A stretch of DNA of 64,000 nucleotides from Escherichia phage EAWsc9: the sequence record PQ341120.1. One strand, given 5' to 3'. Positions 50,931 through 62,900 of this stretch are shown piece by piece. A program made the position numbers and the translations under genes. Position 1 is the first letter of the stretch; the number at the start of each line of letters is the position of its first letter. The notes below the pieces were generated by a model. The model worked only from the letters and a program-made list of their open reading frames with translations, did no database searches and was not told the origin of the DNA.

Positions 50931-51842
50931 TTAAAGGCCAGCCAGGAGGTCGTCAAGACCATCATCGGAAGGCTCTGGAGTGCTTGGAGCAGTCGCAGTG
51001 CGTTCAGACTTAGCAGGTTTGCTGGAAGTGAAGTCTTCCATATCTTTATCGAAATCGTCCAGGTCAGCGCCCAGTTTATCGGCTTGTGCAGCAGCTTTAG
51101 AAGCAGCGCCGCCGAGAGCGGCCGTACCCATTACTTTAGAGAATTTCTTCTGATTCTCTTCAAGGGATTTAAACACCAGCAATTCATTCAGGTCAGACAT
51201 TTCGTCCCAAAGTTTTTTCTGGAATGCTTCATCATTGATACCAGCGATTTCGGACTGGTTCATGAATTTGGAATCATCGTAGTTTTTATAACCGGAAACC
51301 AGTTTAGATTTCAGTACAAAGTTTGCACCTTCAAAAGGACAAGTTACATCAATAGCTGTTTCGCCCATGTCAACATCGACTTCAACCATCTGGTTAATTT
51401 TGTCCATGATTTTCTTGCCGAAGCGATATTTGAATACTTGACCTTCGTTAGACGGAACAGCAGGGTCTTTAATGACCAGGATGTTAGCCCAGTAAGAAGT
51501 ATTACGCTTCAGTTTACGATATTCGGATTCGTTTGTATTGTACAGGTCATTCTTATTCATGTACGCACACACAGGACAGTTTTCATAGTCGCCGTGAGTA
51601 GAAGTACAGTTTTCAATATACCATTGACCGCCATTTTTAAAGCCGTGGTTAACGAGCTTGATGAACGGAGATGGATTTTCTTCATTTTTGGAAGGCAGGA
51701 AACGAATAACCGCAGAGCCGACGCCATCAGTATCTTTCAGTTTCCATTCTTTTTTATCGTCAGAAGAGAAACCGGAACCACCTTTCAGGGCGTTAAGGGA
51801 AGCAGCCAGGTCAGCAGGGTTTTTACGTTTAAACATAGACAT
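50931..51842 (-). CDS. 32: Single-stranded DNA-binding protein, 303 aa
   Basis: FKRK...FSS.DK.EWKLK...AVIRFLPSK, zinc-binding Cys/His region, acidic C-terminus ...LDDLL as in T4 gp32. Confidence 0.96.
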   Translation of the reverse strand: MSMFKRKNPADLAASLNALKGGSGFSSDDKKEWKLKDTDGVGSAVIRFLPSKNEENPSPFIKLVNHGFKNGGQWYIENCTSTHGDYENCPVCAYMNKNDLYNTNESEYRKLKRNTSYWANILVIKDPAVPSNEGQVFKYRFGKKIMDKINQMVEVDVDMGETAIDVTCPFEGANFVLKSKLVSGYKNYDDSKFMNQSEIAGINDEAFQKKLWDEMSDLNELLVFKSLEENQKKFSKVMGTAALGGAASKAAAQADKLGADLDDFDKDMEDFTSSKPAKSERTATAPSTPEPSDDGLDDLLAGL

Positions 51843-51902
51843 ATGATTTTCCTTAGATTATTTGATTTTTAGCAGTTGTTTTGATTACGTATTAATTATA
51901 CT
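51843..51902 (-). promoter_or_regulatory. Gene 32 5' leader / probable translational autoregulation operator
   Basis: AT-rich unstructured leader (AAUAAUACGUAAUCAAAACAACUGCUAAAAAUCAAAUAAUCUAAGGAAAAUCAU) upstream of the gene 32 ATG, as in the T4 gene 32 operator. Confidence 0.4.
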
Positions 51903-52571
51903 TCAAAGTGCTTGAAGCGTTATTTGACAGTTTTTAACGGTCTCGATGAACAATTTACGAGCTTCAAGAGAATCTATATTTAAGATTTTCTTATAGGCAT
52001 TTAGTTTGGTTGAATACTTTTCCCAAACCAAGTCGTTAGTCTGCTCATCATGTTTATTTATAATATCTAAAAATGAATCAAGCAAACAAAACGTTTCAAA
52101 TGAGATAACATTCGATTGGAGAAGTTTGAAAATATAACTTGTGTTTACTTTAGTATTATACTCGAAAATCTCTTGAAGCGATTTGACTTCGACTTTCTTA
52201 CTGAAGTAATAGATATTCTTTATATCATCTTCGTATACTTGTTTAATTCTTTTAAGTCTGCCAATGTATTCTCGATAAAATATCAGAGCATCGGCATCGC
52301 TTATATCACCTATCCATGCATCCTGGTTCGCGACCAGGTTTGACATGAATATTAACGTTAATTCTTTGAGAGTGTACTTATCACTAAGCTTTTCGAAAAA
52401 ATACTTATCGCGACGTTTTTGATAAGCACTGTCGGAGATTCGCATGGTCCAGTTATATTTGATAATATCATAACGACCCGAAAAATGCTGTTTGATGGAT
52501 AAGTATAGTTGATATACTGATTTACCATTTATATATCGGTTGTTATTTGGAGGCATGCGAATCGTAATCAT
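51903..52571 (-). CDS. 59: Helicase loading protein, 222 aa
   Basis: DGKSVY.LYL.IKQH..GKYD.IKYNW, NLVANQDAWIGDISDADAL.FYREYIGRLK as in T4 gp59; ATGA overlap with gene 33. Confidence 0.93.
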   Translation of the reverse strand: MITIRMPPNNNRYINGKSVYQLYLSIKQHFSGRYDIIKYNWTMRISDSAYQKRRDKYFFEKLSDKYTLKELTLIFMSNLVANQDAWIGDISDADALIFYREYIGRLKRIKQVYEDDIKNIYYFSKKVEVKSLQEIFEYNTKVNTSYIFKLLQSNVISFETFCLLDSFLDIINKHDEQTNDLVWEKYSTKLNAYKKILNIDSLEARKLFIETVKNCQITLQAL

Positions 52572-52861
52572 AACAAAAAGTCCAGCGTATTAGTTTTCTG
52601 TGTACGAGACATACTCGGACGAAGCAGGTTATCATCATAGGCTTCGTTCATAATCTTATCAATGATTCCCGCAGGAATGTATCGCGCAAAATTACCTTCA
52701 GGAATTCCACGTTCTTCCAACCAGGCAGTCGCAGCTTCCAGATAAGACATTTCAGTTGACTCAACCATGGCTTCAATATCAAGCCCGTTTTGCTGCTTAC
52801 TAATCGCCCCGGAAGGCGATTCAGTTTTCTGTGTATCGAAATTAACTAAAGAGGACATCAT
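52568..52861 (-). CDS. 33: Late transcription accessory protein, about 97 aa
   Basis: Synteny between dsbA and 59; internal ATG with GGAG RBS chosen (the track ORF extends further into dsbA). Confidence 0.75.
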   Translation of the reverse strand: MMSSLVNFDTQKTESPSGAISKQQNGLDIEAMVESTEMSYLEAATAWLEERGIPEGNFARYIPAGIIDKIMNEAYDDNLLRPSMSRTQKTNTLDFLL

Positions 52862-53111
52862 AGAGCTCCACAGCTTCGGTTTTTTCATCTTCAAAACGTT
52901 CACGAGTGCCTTTATGATACAGGCCGAGCTGTGTATTGAACATCTTACCGTCAACGCCTAATTCAGTTTTTGCCTTATCTTTAAGGTCTTTAATTTCGTC
53001 TGCATATGCTTCCATTTTTAATTTGGTATCGGAAGCAGCTTTAATCAGCTTGGCTAGCTCAGCACCATGAGTATCAGGACAAAATTCAACTTTCACTTTT
53101 TTCTCTTTCAT
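52842..53111 (-). CDS. dsbA: Double-stranded DNA-binding protein, 89 aa
   Basis: Same size as T4 DsbA (89 aa) and same position between rnh and 33. Confidence 0.85.
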   Translation of the reverse strand: MKEKKVKVEFCPDTHGAELAKLIKAASDTKLKMEAYADEIKDLKDKAKTELGVDGKMFNTQLGLYHKGTRERFEDEKTEAVELYDVLFS

Positions 53112-53119
53112 AATATACC

Positions 53120-54064
53120 TTAATAAAATTCAGCAATATTTGCAGTTAGTTTAGACAGACCAGACTTAACAAAGTAAGGATAAACTTTACTTTTGGCTGG
53201 GATAACGTAGTTATTATATCGTTCTAAGATTGAAGCGGATATTTCCGTTGGGATAAAGTCCATATCAATCAACAATTGGTTTTCACAGAATCTATTATAT
53301 TGCTCTTCTGTTAAAAGCGTTTTCAAAACGTCATGGTCGTAATAGTTGAGTGCAATTTGTTCAAGCTCAGCAGCGCGGGTCGGTGGAGTGCGTTCACCTT
53401 CTTCACGAGTGTAATAAAAATCACCGCGAACCTTGATGCTTGACACGTTATCTTTTTTGTCGCCTTTAACAACCTTTGTCACGCAATCCATAAGAGCATC
53501 GCCTGATTTAGTTTTGACATATTTTTTCTGCATCGGTGACCATTGTTTCACCCCAGGGAATTTATGTAACTGGGTAAAGTCGCCATCTGAAGAAACAATC
53601 ATAACCGGATGCCCGAGACCAGTGAGCAACTTCGTTAATACTGCAATATGGTCGTCAGCCTCAATTTTATCCATATTCATCACGATGTAAGGCATATGTT
53701 TTTCCATTTCATCAATGATGATATGCATGGCAGCGTGTAGACCTTCCCAATCAAATTGTGACTCTTCACGAGCTTTTGCACGGTTTTTCTTATAATAATA
53801 AGATTTCGTGCGTCGCCAATAACCATTCTTCGAATTATCAACACAAATAATTGGGACTGTATAACCGAGCTTTTTAAACTGTACAATGTTTTTTCTGATA
53901 GAGTTCAGAACCAGATGTCTGGTCATTGCAGTTGTTACTTTCGGAAAGCCTGCGTCTTTGCCGAATTCCTGGAAGGCTGCTGCCATGATAAGCTGGCTAA
54001 AATCGAGTAACAGAAAACCATCTTTTTGACGGTCTTCTTCAGGGAGTAAAAAATCTAAATTCAT
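53120..54064 (-). CDS. rnh: RNase H (5'-3' exonuclease / flap endonuclease), 314 aa
   Basis: GYWRR...YYYKKNR.KAREES.WDWEG, ADDHIAVL, SSDGDFTQLHK as in T4 RNase H. Confidence 0.95.
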   Translation of the reverse strand: MNLDFLLPEEDRQKDGFLLLDFSQLIMAAAFQEFGKDAGFPKVTTAMTRHLVLNSIRKNIVQFKKLGYTVPIICVDNSKNGYWRRTKSYYYKKNRAKAREESQFDWEGLHAAMHIIIDEMEKHMPYIVMNMDKIEADDHIAVLTKLLTGLGHPVMIVSSDGDFTQLHKFPGVKQWSPMQKKYVKTKSGDALMDCVTKVVKGDKKDNVSSIKVRGDFYYTREEGERTPPTRAAELEQIALNYYDHDVLKTLLTEEQYNRFCENQLLIDMDFIPTEISASILERYNNYVIPAKSKVYPYFVKSGLSKLTANIAEFY

Positions 54065-54121
54065 ATGAACCTCTGTTCAATTAGTTGACTCGATTATATT
54101 AGCATAAAAATTTTAAAGCAA

Positions 54122-54129
54122 TATAAATA
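54122..54129 (+). promoter_or_regulatory. Late promoter TATAAATA for gene 34
   Basis: Exact motif about 32 nt upstream of the ATG. Confidence 0.6.
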
Positions 54130-54160
54130 CACATATACCAAATCAATAAGGATAAAGCAC

Positions 54161-57100
54161 ATGGCCGATATTTTAAAACCAGCATTCAGAGCAACATCCG
54201 GTCTCGATGCTGCTGGTGAGAAAGTCATTAATGTCGCAAAAGCTGATTACTCAGTTTTATCAGACGGCGTTAACGTAGGTTTCTTTATAGAAGAAAACAC
54301 AGTTCAACAATATGATGCAACACGCGGATACAAAAAGAACTTTGCAGTTATTAATGATAACCGTATTTGGGTTGCTCAACGTGATATTCCGGCACCAGCT
54401 GGAGCATTTACCCCTCAGTATTGGTTAGCAACTCGTACTGACCCGAAATGGGAAACTGTTGCATCTCCAACTCGTCAGCTTAGCTCCGGTGAATTTATCG
54501 CAGTCGACTCAGCTGCAAGCTTTACCACATTTACATTGCCTCCGAACCCGACTGATGGTGATACCATCGTTATTAAAGATATCGGCGGTAATACCGGTTA
54601 TAATGAAATTAAAATCCAGTCAAGCAACGTGCCTGGCCAAGGTAACCAAAAGATTGTTCGCTTTGGTAATCAGTATTCAGAAGTTTTAATTACCAAACCA
54701 TTCTCTTATAACATGCTTATCTTTTCAAACCGCTTATGGCAATTTTGGGAAGCAGGTAACGAAGAACGTGGTATCAGAGTAGAACCGTCGACCGGACGTT
54801 TCCATGCACAAGCTGGCGACTTTATTATGCGTCGTTATACAACTGGTGCACCGATTACTTTCATTCTTCCTAAGTATGCAAACCAGGGTGATATTGTCAA
54901 ATCTGTTGATATCGATGGCATGGGGCCAACGTTCCACCTGATGGTTGAAACCTTTGACACCAGTTCCAGTCTTGGGAAAGCTGGCCAGCATCAAATGGAA
55001 TTCCGTACCACAGGTGATGGTTTCTTCGTTTATAATGCTGCCGAAAAACTCTGGTATGTTTGGGACGGTGATTTTAAAACTCGTCTTCGCGTTATTCGCG
55101 ACAGCGTTAAACTTTTACCAAACGAAAGTGTCATTGTATTTGGCGAAGATAACTCAACTCCGGCAACGATTAATATCGATTTGCCAACTAATGTTTTGCA
55201 AGGCGATATTGTTAAGATTGCGCTGAACTATCTCCGTAAATCGCAGACTGTTAATATAAGAGCTGCTGTTGGCGATAAGATTGCAACTGACATTAAATTG
55301 CTGCAATTCCCTAAACGTTCCGAGTATCCACCAGATACAACTTGGGTGATGGTTGATTCATTGACCTTTAATGGCAACATCAGTTATACTCCGGTTATTG
55401 AATTATCATATGCAGAAGATGCAGTGTCTGGAACAAGTTATTGGGTTGTCGCTCAGAACGTCCCGACTGTCGAACGAGTTGACTCATTAAATGATTCCAC
55501 GCGTACACGTCTTGGTGTTATTGCTCTGGCAAACCAGACTCAGGCAAACGTTGACCATGAAAATAACCCAGAAAAAGAACTCGCAATTACCCCTCAGACT
55601 TTAGCCAACCGTGTTGCTAAAGAGAACCAACGAGGCATTGCCAGAATCGCAACGACTGCCCAAGTAAATCAGAACAGTGATTTTGCATTTGTTGATGATG
55701 TAATTATTTCTCCGAAAAAACTCAATGAACGTACGGCAACAGAAACGAGACGTGGGCTCGCAGAACTCGCCACACAGCAAGAAACCAATGCGGGTGTAGA
55801 TGATACCACAATTATAACTCCAAAGAAACTGCAAGCTCGCCAGGGCTCAGAATCGCTATCTGGTATTGTAACTTACGTTTCAACGACTGGTGCAACTCCT
55901 GCCGCTTCGCGTGAATTAAATGGTACAAACGTTTATAATAAAAATACGGTTAATCTGGTTGTTTCTCCGAAAGCTCTTGACCAGTACAAAGCTACTTACA
56001 CTCAGCAAGGCGCGGTTATTCTTGCGGTTGAAAGTGAAGTAATCGCTGGTACTTCTCAATCTGGCTGGGCAAACGCAGTCGTTACTCCAGAAATGTTGCA
56101 TCGCAAAACTGCTCTTGATTCCCGTATCGGTTTAATCGAGATTGCTACTCAGGTTGAAACAGATGCAGGAACCGATTATACCAGAGCTGTGACTCCTAAA
56201 ACGTTAAATGACCGTAAAGCATCAGAAACGTTAACCGGCATAGCCGAGATTGCTACGCAATCAGAATTTGATACTGGAACTGATGATACTCGTATCTCAA
56301 CTCCATTAAAAATTAAAAATAGATTTAATAATACTGCTCGTACTTCTGTTAATGCATTAAGTGGTTTAGTAGAAACAGGGACGCTCTGGGACCATTATAG
56401 CCTGAATATTCTTGAAGCAAATGAGACTCAGCGTGGCACAGCAAGATTAGCAACTCAGGGTGAAGTCAATACTGGCACTGACGATAAAACAATCGTTACT
56501 CCGCTTAAATTGATGTCGAAAAAAGCCACTGAAAACGCCGAAGGTATTGTTCGCATCGCGACAAACGCAGAAGCAACAGCAGGCACATCAAAAGTCTTGG
56601 CCATTAGTCCGTCTGCGCTGAAATATATTGCCCAAACGGAAACAACTTGGGAAGCATCTGAAACACTGCGTGGATTTGTTCGTTTATCTTCCGGTGCAGC
56701 TACTTCGGCCGCAACTACAACGACGGGCGCGGGATTTACATATGAAAATGGTGTGTATACCCCGGACCCAAGTAAACTGGTTAGCTATGCGAAATCTGGA
56801 TATGCAGTTTCGCCTTACGAATTAAACCGCGTATTGCAAAACTTCTTACCGATAAATGCGATGGCTGTTAATGCTGAAAAACTGGATAACCTCGATTCGA
56901 CCCAGTTTATTCGTCGTGATATTGCTCAGACTGTTGAAGGTGTATTAACCCTTACTAAGCAGACAAATATATCTGCTCCGGTTGTATCGACGAGCACTGC
57001 GGTGTTTACTGATGTAACGGCTGGTACTTCGACGTTCGGAACTGTGAATGTTGTTAATGGAACTAACAAGTGGAAAATCACTGCTCCTTCCACCGGAACG

Positions 57101-58117
57101 ACAATGACTATTGGTGATACGACTAACGTATTGACATTAAACACCGCCTCGGGTAATGCTGCAGTATTGAACAACCTTAGCGCCGGAAATGATGTTCAAG
57201 CCAAAAATAATTACGTTCTAAATGGTCGTACTATCGCAACCACGACGGGTGAAGTTTCTGGTGCAACTTTGTCTCTGGGTGATAACTCACAGAATTTAGT
57301 GCTCAAAACTCTTGATGCTGGTAATATCATAGCAAATGGTGGCGGTGCATTTAAAGTTCTGACCGAGAAAAACGCAGTAGAAATTGTTGATAGAAACTTT
57401 GTTAACCAGGCTGGTGATACAATGTCTGGTGTACTCCGTGTGAATGCTCCAGTCCGTGTATTCGGTACGAAACCAAGTCTTATCGCACAAGCTCCGACTG
57501 CGGATACTGTTGGTTTCTGGTCTGTCGATATCAATGATGAACCGACTTATAGCCAGTTCCCTGGTTATTGGACAATGAAGTTAAAACGTCAAGTAAACAT
57601 TGATACGGTTCAAACTAAACCTGCTGGGGTAACTGATGAAGTTTGGAATGCTTCTGGTTGGTTAACTGAAAACGGAACTTTTGCCTCGCCCGCTATTCGT
57701 TATCGTACTGATGATGGTACACTCGGTGATGAAGTATTAGGTAGCTCCGGACAGAAACTGCGCGGAACCTGGTTTGACTATTCAGTTCGTGATAAACAAA
57801 TTAAATATCCTGGTACATTGACTCAGTTTGGTAATACGCTAGATTCGTGCTATCAAGATTGGGTTTGTTATCCAACTGGATTGAACGGTGGTACTATTCG
57901 TTATACTCGTACATGGCAGAAAAATAAATCAGCATGGACGACTTTCGCAATGGTTTACACCGCGGATAACCCTCCGTCTGCAGAGGATGTTGGTGCATTA
58001 CCGGCTGACAACACAACGATGGGGAACTTAACCATTCTTGATTGGTTACGTATCGGTAACGTGCGTATCATCCCAGACCCGACCACTAAATCCGTTAAGT
58101 TTGAATGGATTGAATAA
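54161..58117 (+). CDS. 34: Long tail fibre proximal subunit, 1318 aa
   Basis: Size and position (after rnh, before 35); internal repeated segments typical of gp34; TATAAATA about 30 nt upstream. Confidence 0.95.
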   Translation: MADILKPAFRATSGLDAAGEKVINVAKADYSVLSDGVNVGFFIEENTVQQYDATRGYKKNFAVINDNRIWVAQRDIPAPAGAFTPQYWLATRTDPKWETVASPTRQLSSGEFIAVDSAASFTTFTLPPNPTDGDTIVIKDIGGNTGYNEIKIQSSNVPGQGNQKIVRFGNQYSEVLITKPFSYNMLIFSNRLWQFWEAGNEERGIRVEPSTGRFHAQAGDFIMRRYTTGAPITFILPKYANQGDIVKSVDIDGMGPTFHLMVETFDTSSSLGKAGQHQMEFRTTGDGFFVYNAAEKLWYVWDGDFKTRLRVIRDSVKLLPNESVIVFGEDNSTPATINIDLPTNVLQGDIVKIALNYLRKSQTVNIRAAVGDKIATDIKLLQFPKRSEYPPDTTWVMVDSLTFNGNISYTPVIELSYAEDAVSGTSYWVVAQNVPTVERVDSLNDSTRTRLGVIALANQTQANVDHENNPEKELAITPQTLANRVAKENQRGIARIATTAQVNQNSDFAFVDDVIISPKKLNERTATETRRGLAELATQQETNAGVDDTTIITPKKLQARQGSESLSGIVTYVSTTGATPAASRELNGTNVYNKNTVNLVVSPKALDQYKATYTQQGAVILAVESEVIAGTSQSGWANAVVTPEMLHRKTALDSRIGLIEIATQVETDAGTDYTRAVTPKTLNDRKASETLTGIAEIATQSEFDTGTDDTRISTPLKIKNRFNNTARTSVNALSGLVETGTLWDHYSLNILEANETQRGTARLATQGEVNTGTDDKTIVTPLKLMSKKATENAEGIVRIATNAEATAGTSKVLAISPSALKYIAQTETTWEASETLRGFVRLSSGAATSAATTTTGAGFTYENGVYTPDPSKLVSYAKSGYAVSPYELNRVLQNFLPINAMAVNAEKLDNLDSTQFIRRDIAQTVEGVLTLTKQTNISAPVVSTSTAVFTDVTAGTSTFGTVNVVNGTNKWKITAPSTGTTMTIGDTTNVLTLNTASGNAAVLNNLSAGNDVQAKNNYVLNGRTIATTTGEVSGATLSLGDNSQNLVLKTLDAGNIIANGGGAFKVLTEKNAVEIVDRNFVNQAGDTMSGVLRVNAPVRVFGTKPSLIAQAPTADTVGFWSVDINDEPTYSQFPGYWTMKLKRQVNIDTVQTKPAGVTDEVWNASGWLTENGTFASPAIRYRTDDGTLGDEVLGSSGQKLRGTWFDYSVRDKQIKYPGTLTQFGNTLDSCYQDWVCYPTGLNGGTIRYTRTWQKNKSAWTTFAMVYTADNPPSAEDVGALPADNTTMGNLTILDWLRIGNVRIIPDPTTKSVKFEWIE

Positions 58118-58125
58118 GAGGTAAT

Positions 58126-59256
58126 ATGGAAAAATTTATGGCAGAGTTTGGACAAGGATACGTCCAAACGCCAGTTATATCAGAAAATAATGCCGTTAAA
58201 TTTAAAATGAGTATAGCAGGGAGCTGTACTCTTTCCACGGTGAAATCGTATATCAAATTTCAGGATGAACGAATTGGACCAACTACTTTTGGTAATGGTC
58301 TGACTCTATTGGAAATTGATACAACTACGAATAAAATTGTTAACACGAAAAACTATTCATTAACTAGCACACACGATGCAATCAGTCAGGCATTAATCAC
58401 CTTTGTGGAATCTGTTCCAGCCGGAAGATTGATTGCTTTTATTTCTTCAGGGAAACTAAATGCATCACAGACATTAATTGATTGGTTCCGTAAATGTGGT
58501 TCAAGAGCATTCCCGGAGAAATGGCTGATTGATAAAGTTGATACATCGTACTCGGCCTTTTATATAACCGGCCGGAATGTAATTGTTTCGGAGCATGTTA
58601 AGTATAATGACGGGAAGTTAGTTGAGGATGTTTCGACTCCGCTTGAAGTCATTTATGATACCTTTAGTGATATAGGAGCAACAGGCTATCCTGTACGCAT
58701 AACGGAAGACGAGAGCACGTATTCATCAACAGGTGATGGAACATCAACCACAATTAAAAGGTTCCCCACAGAGGACCTGGTGACTCCTATGGACACCTAT
58801 AACCTTTTACCTTTGGATGTGCTTTACTTGAAGTTTCAGATGTCATTTGACGCTGCACTGAAAGCTGCGGGGACCGTAAGGACTTCGATTCGATTCTTTA
58901 AAAGCCCCAGCACTTCTCCGATATCAAATACGAACATCGATATTGCAGCAAACGTTCCTGCCGGGGCTTGGGCGAGTTTCGAAAGATATGTCGAGATTCC
59001 GCCAGGAGCTGATGGCTTTACAGTAGTAACATCAAGAACTGTAGCTACCGGAACTGGGTCAATACGCAATATTGTTATTGGTGAGATAACCAGAGGTGAC
59101 TCGGCATTCAAACCAGCTGAATTTGGTGTCAACGGCATAAGGATGTCATATGCAAACGATACAACAAATACAGGCAATACAATTGTAACATTCCCGGATG
59201 CACAAGCTCCGAGAGCCGGCAAGATATACGCAGCCGAACTACGAGAAAAACAATAG
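58126..59256 (+). CDS. 35: Long tail fibre hinge (knee) protein, 376 aa
   Basis: Size and synteny with T4 gp35; AAGAGG RBS; terminator follows. Confidence 0.9.
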   Translation: MEKFMAEFGQGYVQTPVISENNAVKFKMSIAGSCTLSTVKSYIKFQDERIGPTTFGNGLTLLEIDTTTNKIVNTKNYSLTSTHDAISQALITFVESVPAGRLIAFISSGKLNASQTLIDWFRKCGSRAFPEKWLIDKVDTSYSAFYITGRNVIVSEHVKYNDGKLVEDVSTPLEVIYDTFSDIGATGYPVRITEDESTYSSTGDGTSTTIKRFPTEDLVTPMDTYNLLPLDVLYLKFQMSFDAALKAAGTVRTSIRFFKSPSTSPISNTNIDIAANVPAGAWASFERYVEIPPGADGFTVVTSRTVATGTGSIRNIVIGEITRGDSAFKPAEFGVNGIRMSYANDTTNTGNTIVTFPDAQAPRAGKIYAAELREKQ

Positions 59257-59279
59257 GACTCTTCGGAGTCCTTTTTTCG
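59256..59279 (+). terminator. Terminator after gene 35
   Basis: GGACTC-TTCG-GAGTCC followed by TTTTTT. Confidence 0.75.
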
Positions 59280-59280
59280 T

Positions 59281-59288
59281 TATAAATA
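59281..59288 (+). promoter_or_regulatory. Late promoter TATAAATA for gene 36
   Basis: Exact motif directly after the terminator that follows gene 35. Confidence 0.6.
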
Positions 59289-59323
59289 CAAAATATCATA
59301 TGCCGGTTGAAGAGGACTTATAA

Positions 59324-59971
59324 ATGGCAGATTTAAAACTAGGCTCAACAGCCGGAGGTTCGGTCCTCTGGCACCAGGGTAATTTCCCATTAACACCAGT
59401 CAGTAATGACTTATATTTCAAAACTTATAAAATTTATTCAGAATATAACAAGCCACAAGCAGTCGATAACGATTTTGTTTCTAAAGCTCTGGGTGGTAAT
59501 TATAAAGCAAACGTATATTTTGAACAAGGTCTAACATTTAACGATTCAAATGGTTACGGGATTAAGTTAGGAGCGAGAACAGGTGGTGCACCATTTACCG
59601 CATCTTTCCGTATTAAAGGACCATTCGGATTTGAGACTGAAACAGGAACACCATTCGTTATTTTTGACCCTGACACTACGACGGGAGCAAAACGTCTTAC
59701 TGTTATGGGTGATACGTTAGCTCGACAAATTTATGATGAAACAGGTCGTGTATTTTCTCCAGGGAATACTCCGTCAAAAGCTCAAGTTGGTCTTGGTAAT
59801 GTAACTAACCAGCAACAGGTAGAACTAAATAATAGTACATTGCAAACAATGACAGGTAACTTGTCAGCACCTAATTTCTTCTCTAGGAACCCAGCATCAG
59901 ACCCGGCCCATGTGCCTCGTTTTGACCAAATCGTTCTTAAAGACTCCGTACAAGATTTTGGATATTATTAA
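59324..59971 (+). CDS. 36: Long tail fibre distal subunit, small, 215 aa
   Basis: Size and synteny with T4 gp36; TATAAATA at about 59281..59288. Confidence 0.9.
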   Translation: MADLKLGSTAGGSVLWHQGNFPLTPVSNDLYFKTYKIYSEYNKPQAVDNDFVSKALGGNYKANVYFEQGLTFNDSNGYGIKLGARTGGAPFTASFRIKGPFGFETETGTPFVIFDPDTTTGAKRLTVMGDTLARQIYDETGRVFSPGNTPSKAQVGLGNVTNQQQVELNNSTLQTMTGNLSAPNFFSRNPASDPAHVPRFDQIVLKDSVQDFGYY

Positions 59972-59979
59972 GAGGCATT

Positions 59980-62900
59980 ATGGCTACTTTAAAACAAATA
60001 CAATTTAAAAGAAGTAAGGTTGCCGGCGTTCGTCCGGCGCCAACAGTTCTTGCTGAAGGTGAACTGGCTATCAACCTGAAAGACCGCTTACTTTTTACTA
60101 AAGATGACACCGGCGCCATTATCGACCTTGGTTTTGCCAAAGGCGGTAATATTGATGGTAATGTTATTCATAACGGTAATTACAATCAAACTGGTGATTA
60201 TACTCTGAATGGTACTTTTACTCAAACTGGTGATTTTAATTTAACCGGCATTGCTCGTGTAACTCGCGATATTATTGCCGCGGGTCAGATAATGACTGAA
60301 GGTGGTGAACTTATTTCTAAGAGTGCATCGACTTCGCATCTTCGTTTTTTTGATGGTGCATCACGCGAACGCGGTATTATCTTTTCTCCTAACAATGCGG
60401 GTTTGACAACTCAGGTAGTTAATATACGAGTGCAAGATTATGCCGCTGGTAGCGAAAGCACTTACGCGTTTTCGGGCAATGGTCAATTTACTTCACCTGA
60501 AGTATCAGCATGGAAATCTATTTCATCCCCACAAATTCTGACTGATAAAGTTATTACAAATGGTAAGAAAGCTGGTGATTACGATATCTATTCATTAGCA
60601 AATAATAATTCTAACACAGATAAAAATAATTTACGTGTTGTACGTACCGACGCAGCCGCCGCAATGCTCCATGAAATTTGTGAAAATAACGGTATCAGTT
60701 GGTATTCCGGTTCAACCCCTACTGATTATATGTTATCTTTTGCTTATTCAGGTGGTTTTCAAGCTGGACATTCGATTGCAGTGGGTATGGAATCAGGGCC
60801 TATGACATATTCAGCCTTAGGTAAAGGTTCTATTGCTCTTGGTGATAATGACACCGGGTTAAAATGGTACCAAGATGGTTATTTCTATGCAGTAAACAAT
60901 GGTACGAGAACTTTCCTTTACAGCCCTGAATCAACTGTAAGCCTTAGAAAAATGGTCATGGGTTATTCTGTAAACGGTAACGATTTAACTACGCCGCCGA
61001 CAGAAAACTATGCGCTTGGTACCGTTGTTACTTATCATGATAATAATGCCTTCGGTGATGGGCAAACTCTTTTAGGATATTATCAAGGTGGAGCATATCA
61101 CCACTATTTTCGTGGTAAAGGCACTACAAACATTAACACCACGGGTGGTTTGTTGGTGACTCCGGGTAATATCGATGTGATTGGCGGTTTAATTAATATC
61201 GACGGCCGCAGTAATGCTTCAACCTTACTGTTTAGTAGCTATACGTCTGGTCAAAGCTCTGTCGATAATATGAATATACGCGTTTGGGGCGATACTTTTA
61301 CCACTGTAGACGGTACTCGCAAAAACGTAATGGAAATATCTGATGCTACTAGCTGGATGCAATATATTCAACGAACAACTGCTGGTAAAGTCGAATCGGT
61401 TCTAAATGGCTCCCAGATTGTTAATGAAAACCTGACCGTAGTAAAAAATGCCACATTTGATGGTACAATCAGCGCACATGGTGAAATTGCAGGTAATGCT
61501 GTTAATGCCCTTAGAATTTGGAACGACGATTACGGTGCTATTTTCCGTCGCTCAGAAAACAGCCTTCATATTATTCCAACTGCCTATGGTGAAGGCAAAA
61601 ATGGCGATATCGGTCTACTTCGTCCGTTTAGTTTGTCTTTAGACACAGGTAAGGTTGTTATTCCTGACCTAGATTTGAGCTATGCTGGATTCCCTGCAAA
61701 CGGGTATATCAGATTTGGCGGTCATGGCGCTGGTGCCGGTGGATACGATATACAGTATTCACAAGCAGCCCCTGTTTTCCAAGAAATTGATGATGACGAG
61801 GTAAGTAAATATTATCCTATTGTTAAGCAGAAATTCTTACAAGGGGAAGCTGTTTGGTCTTTAGGTACTGAAATTAATTCCGGTACTTTTGTTTTACATC
61901 ATTTAAAAGAAGATGGAACACAAAATCATACCTCAAGATTTAATGCTGATGGTACAGTTAATTTCCCGGATAACGTTCAAGTCGGTGGTGGTGAAGCTAC
62001 TATTGCTAAAAATGGTAACATTTTCTCTGATATCTGGAAAACATTTACTTCAGCAGGCGATGTAACTAATATTCGCGATGCCATTGCTACTCGTGTTGCC
62101 AAAGAAGGCGATACAATGACTGGTAAATTGGTCATTGAGGCTCCTGGTGATGCTTTAGTATTAAGAACTAGCGCAGGTAATAGTTCACATATCCGTTCTG
62201 ATGTAAATGGTACCGGCAACTGGTATGTTGGTAAAGGTGGCAGCGATAATGGAATAGGCCTTTACAGCTATGCTACTAACTGTGGCCTGTATATCACCAA
62301 TAACGGTGAATTCAACGTAGACCTTTCTGGTGCTGGTCTGGCAATGCAGATGAATTATTATCGCATGTATGTTAACGGTCGAGCATGGGTTAATACTCAA
62401 GGTCATGGTTACGGAAACCAATGGCAAACAGAAGCTCCTTATTTCGTTGACTTTGGTGAATCCGTTCCTAAAGATAGTTATATGCCAATTATCAAAGGAA
62501 AAAGCACTCTAGCTACTGAAGGATATTCTACTAAAGCAGACTTCGGTATTATTAGATTGGGTGGAGCTGGTACTTGGGGTTCTGCTGTTATTCGTGTGGG
62601 TTCTGCTGAAAGCGGCGATGCAAGCCATCCTAATGCAATATTTGTATTTCAGGCTAATGGTGATTTTGTTGCACCTGCCGGTTTACGAGCCAGCGTTAAC
62701 CTAGGTGTGGGTACAATCCCGGTATGGGGTGGTGCGTCCATTGCTATTGGTGATAATGATACCGGTTTAGTTCATGGCGGCAACAGTCGAATTAATATGT
62801 ATGCTAACGCGCAGCATATTGCGTCATGGGGTACGATGTATCAATCTCATCCCGGCCTTTGGGACTCAAATGGAGCTTTTTGGACAGAAGTCGGCAAAGC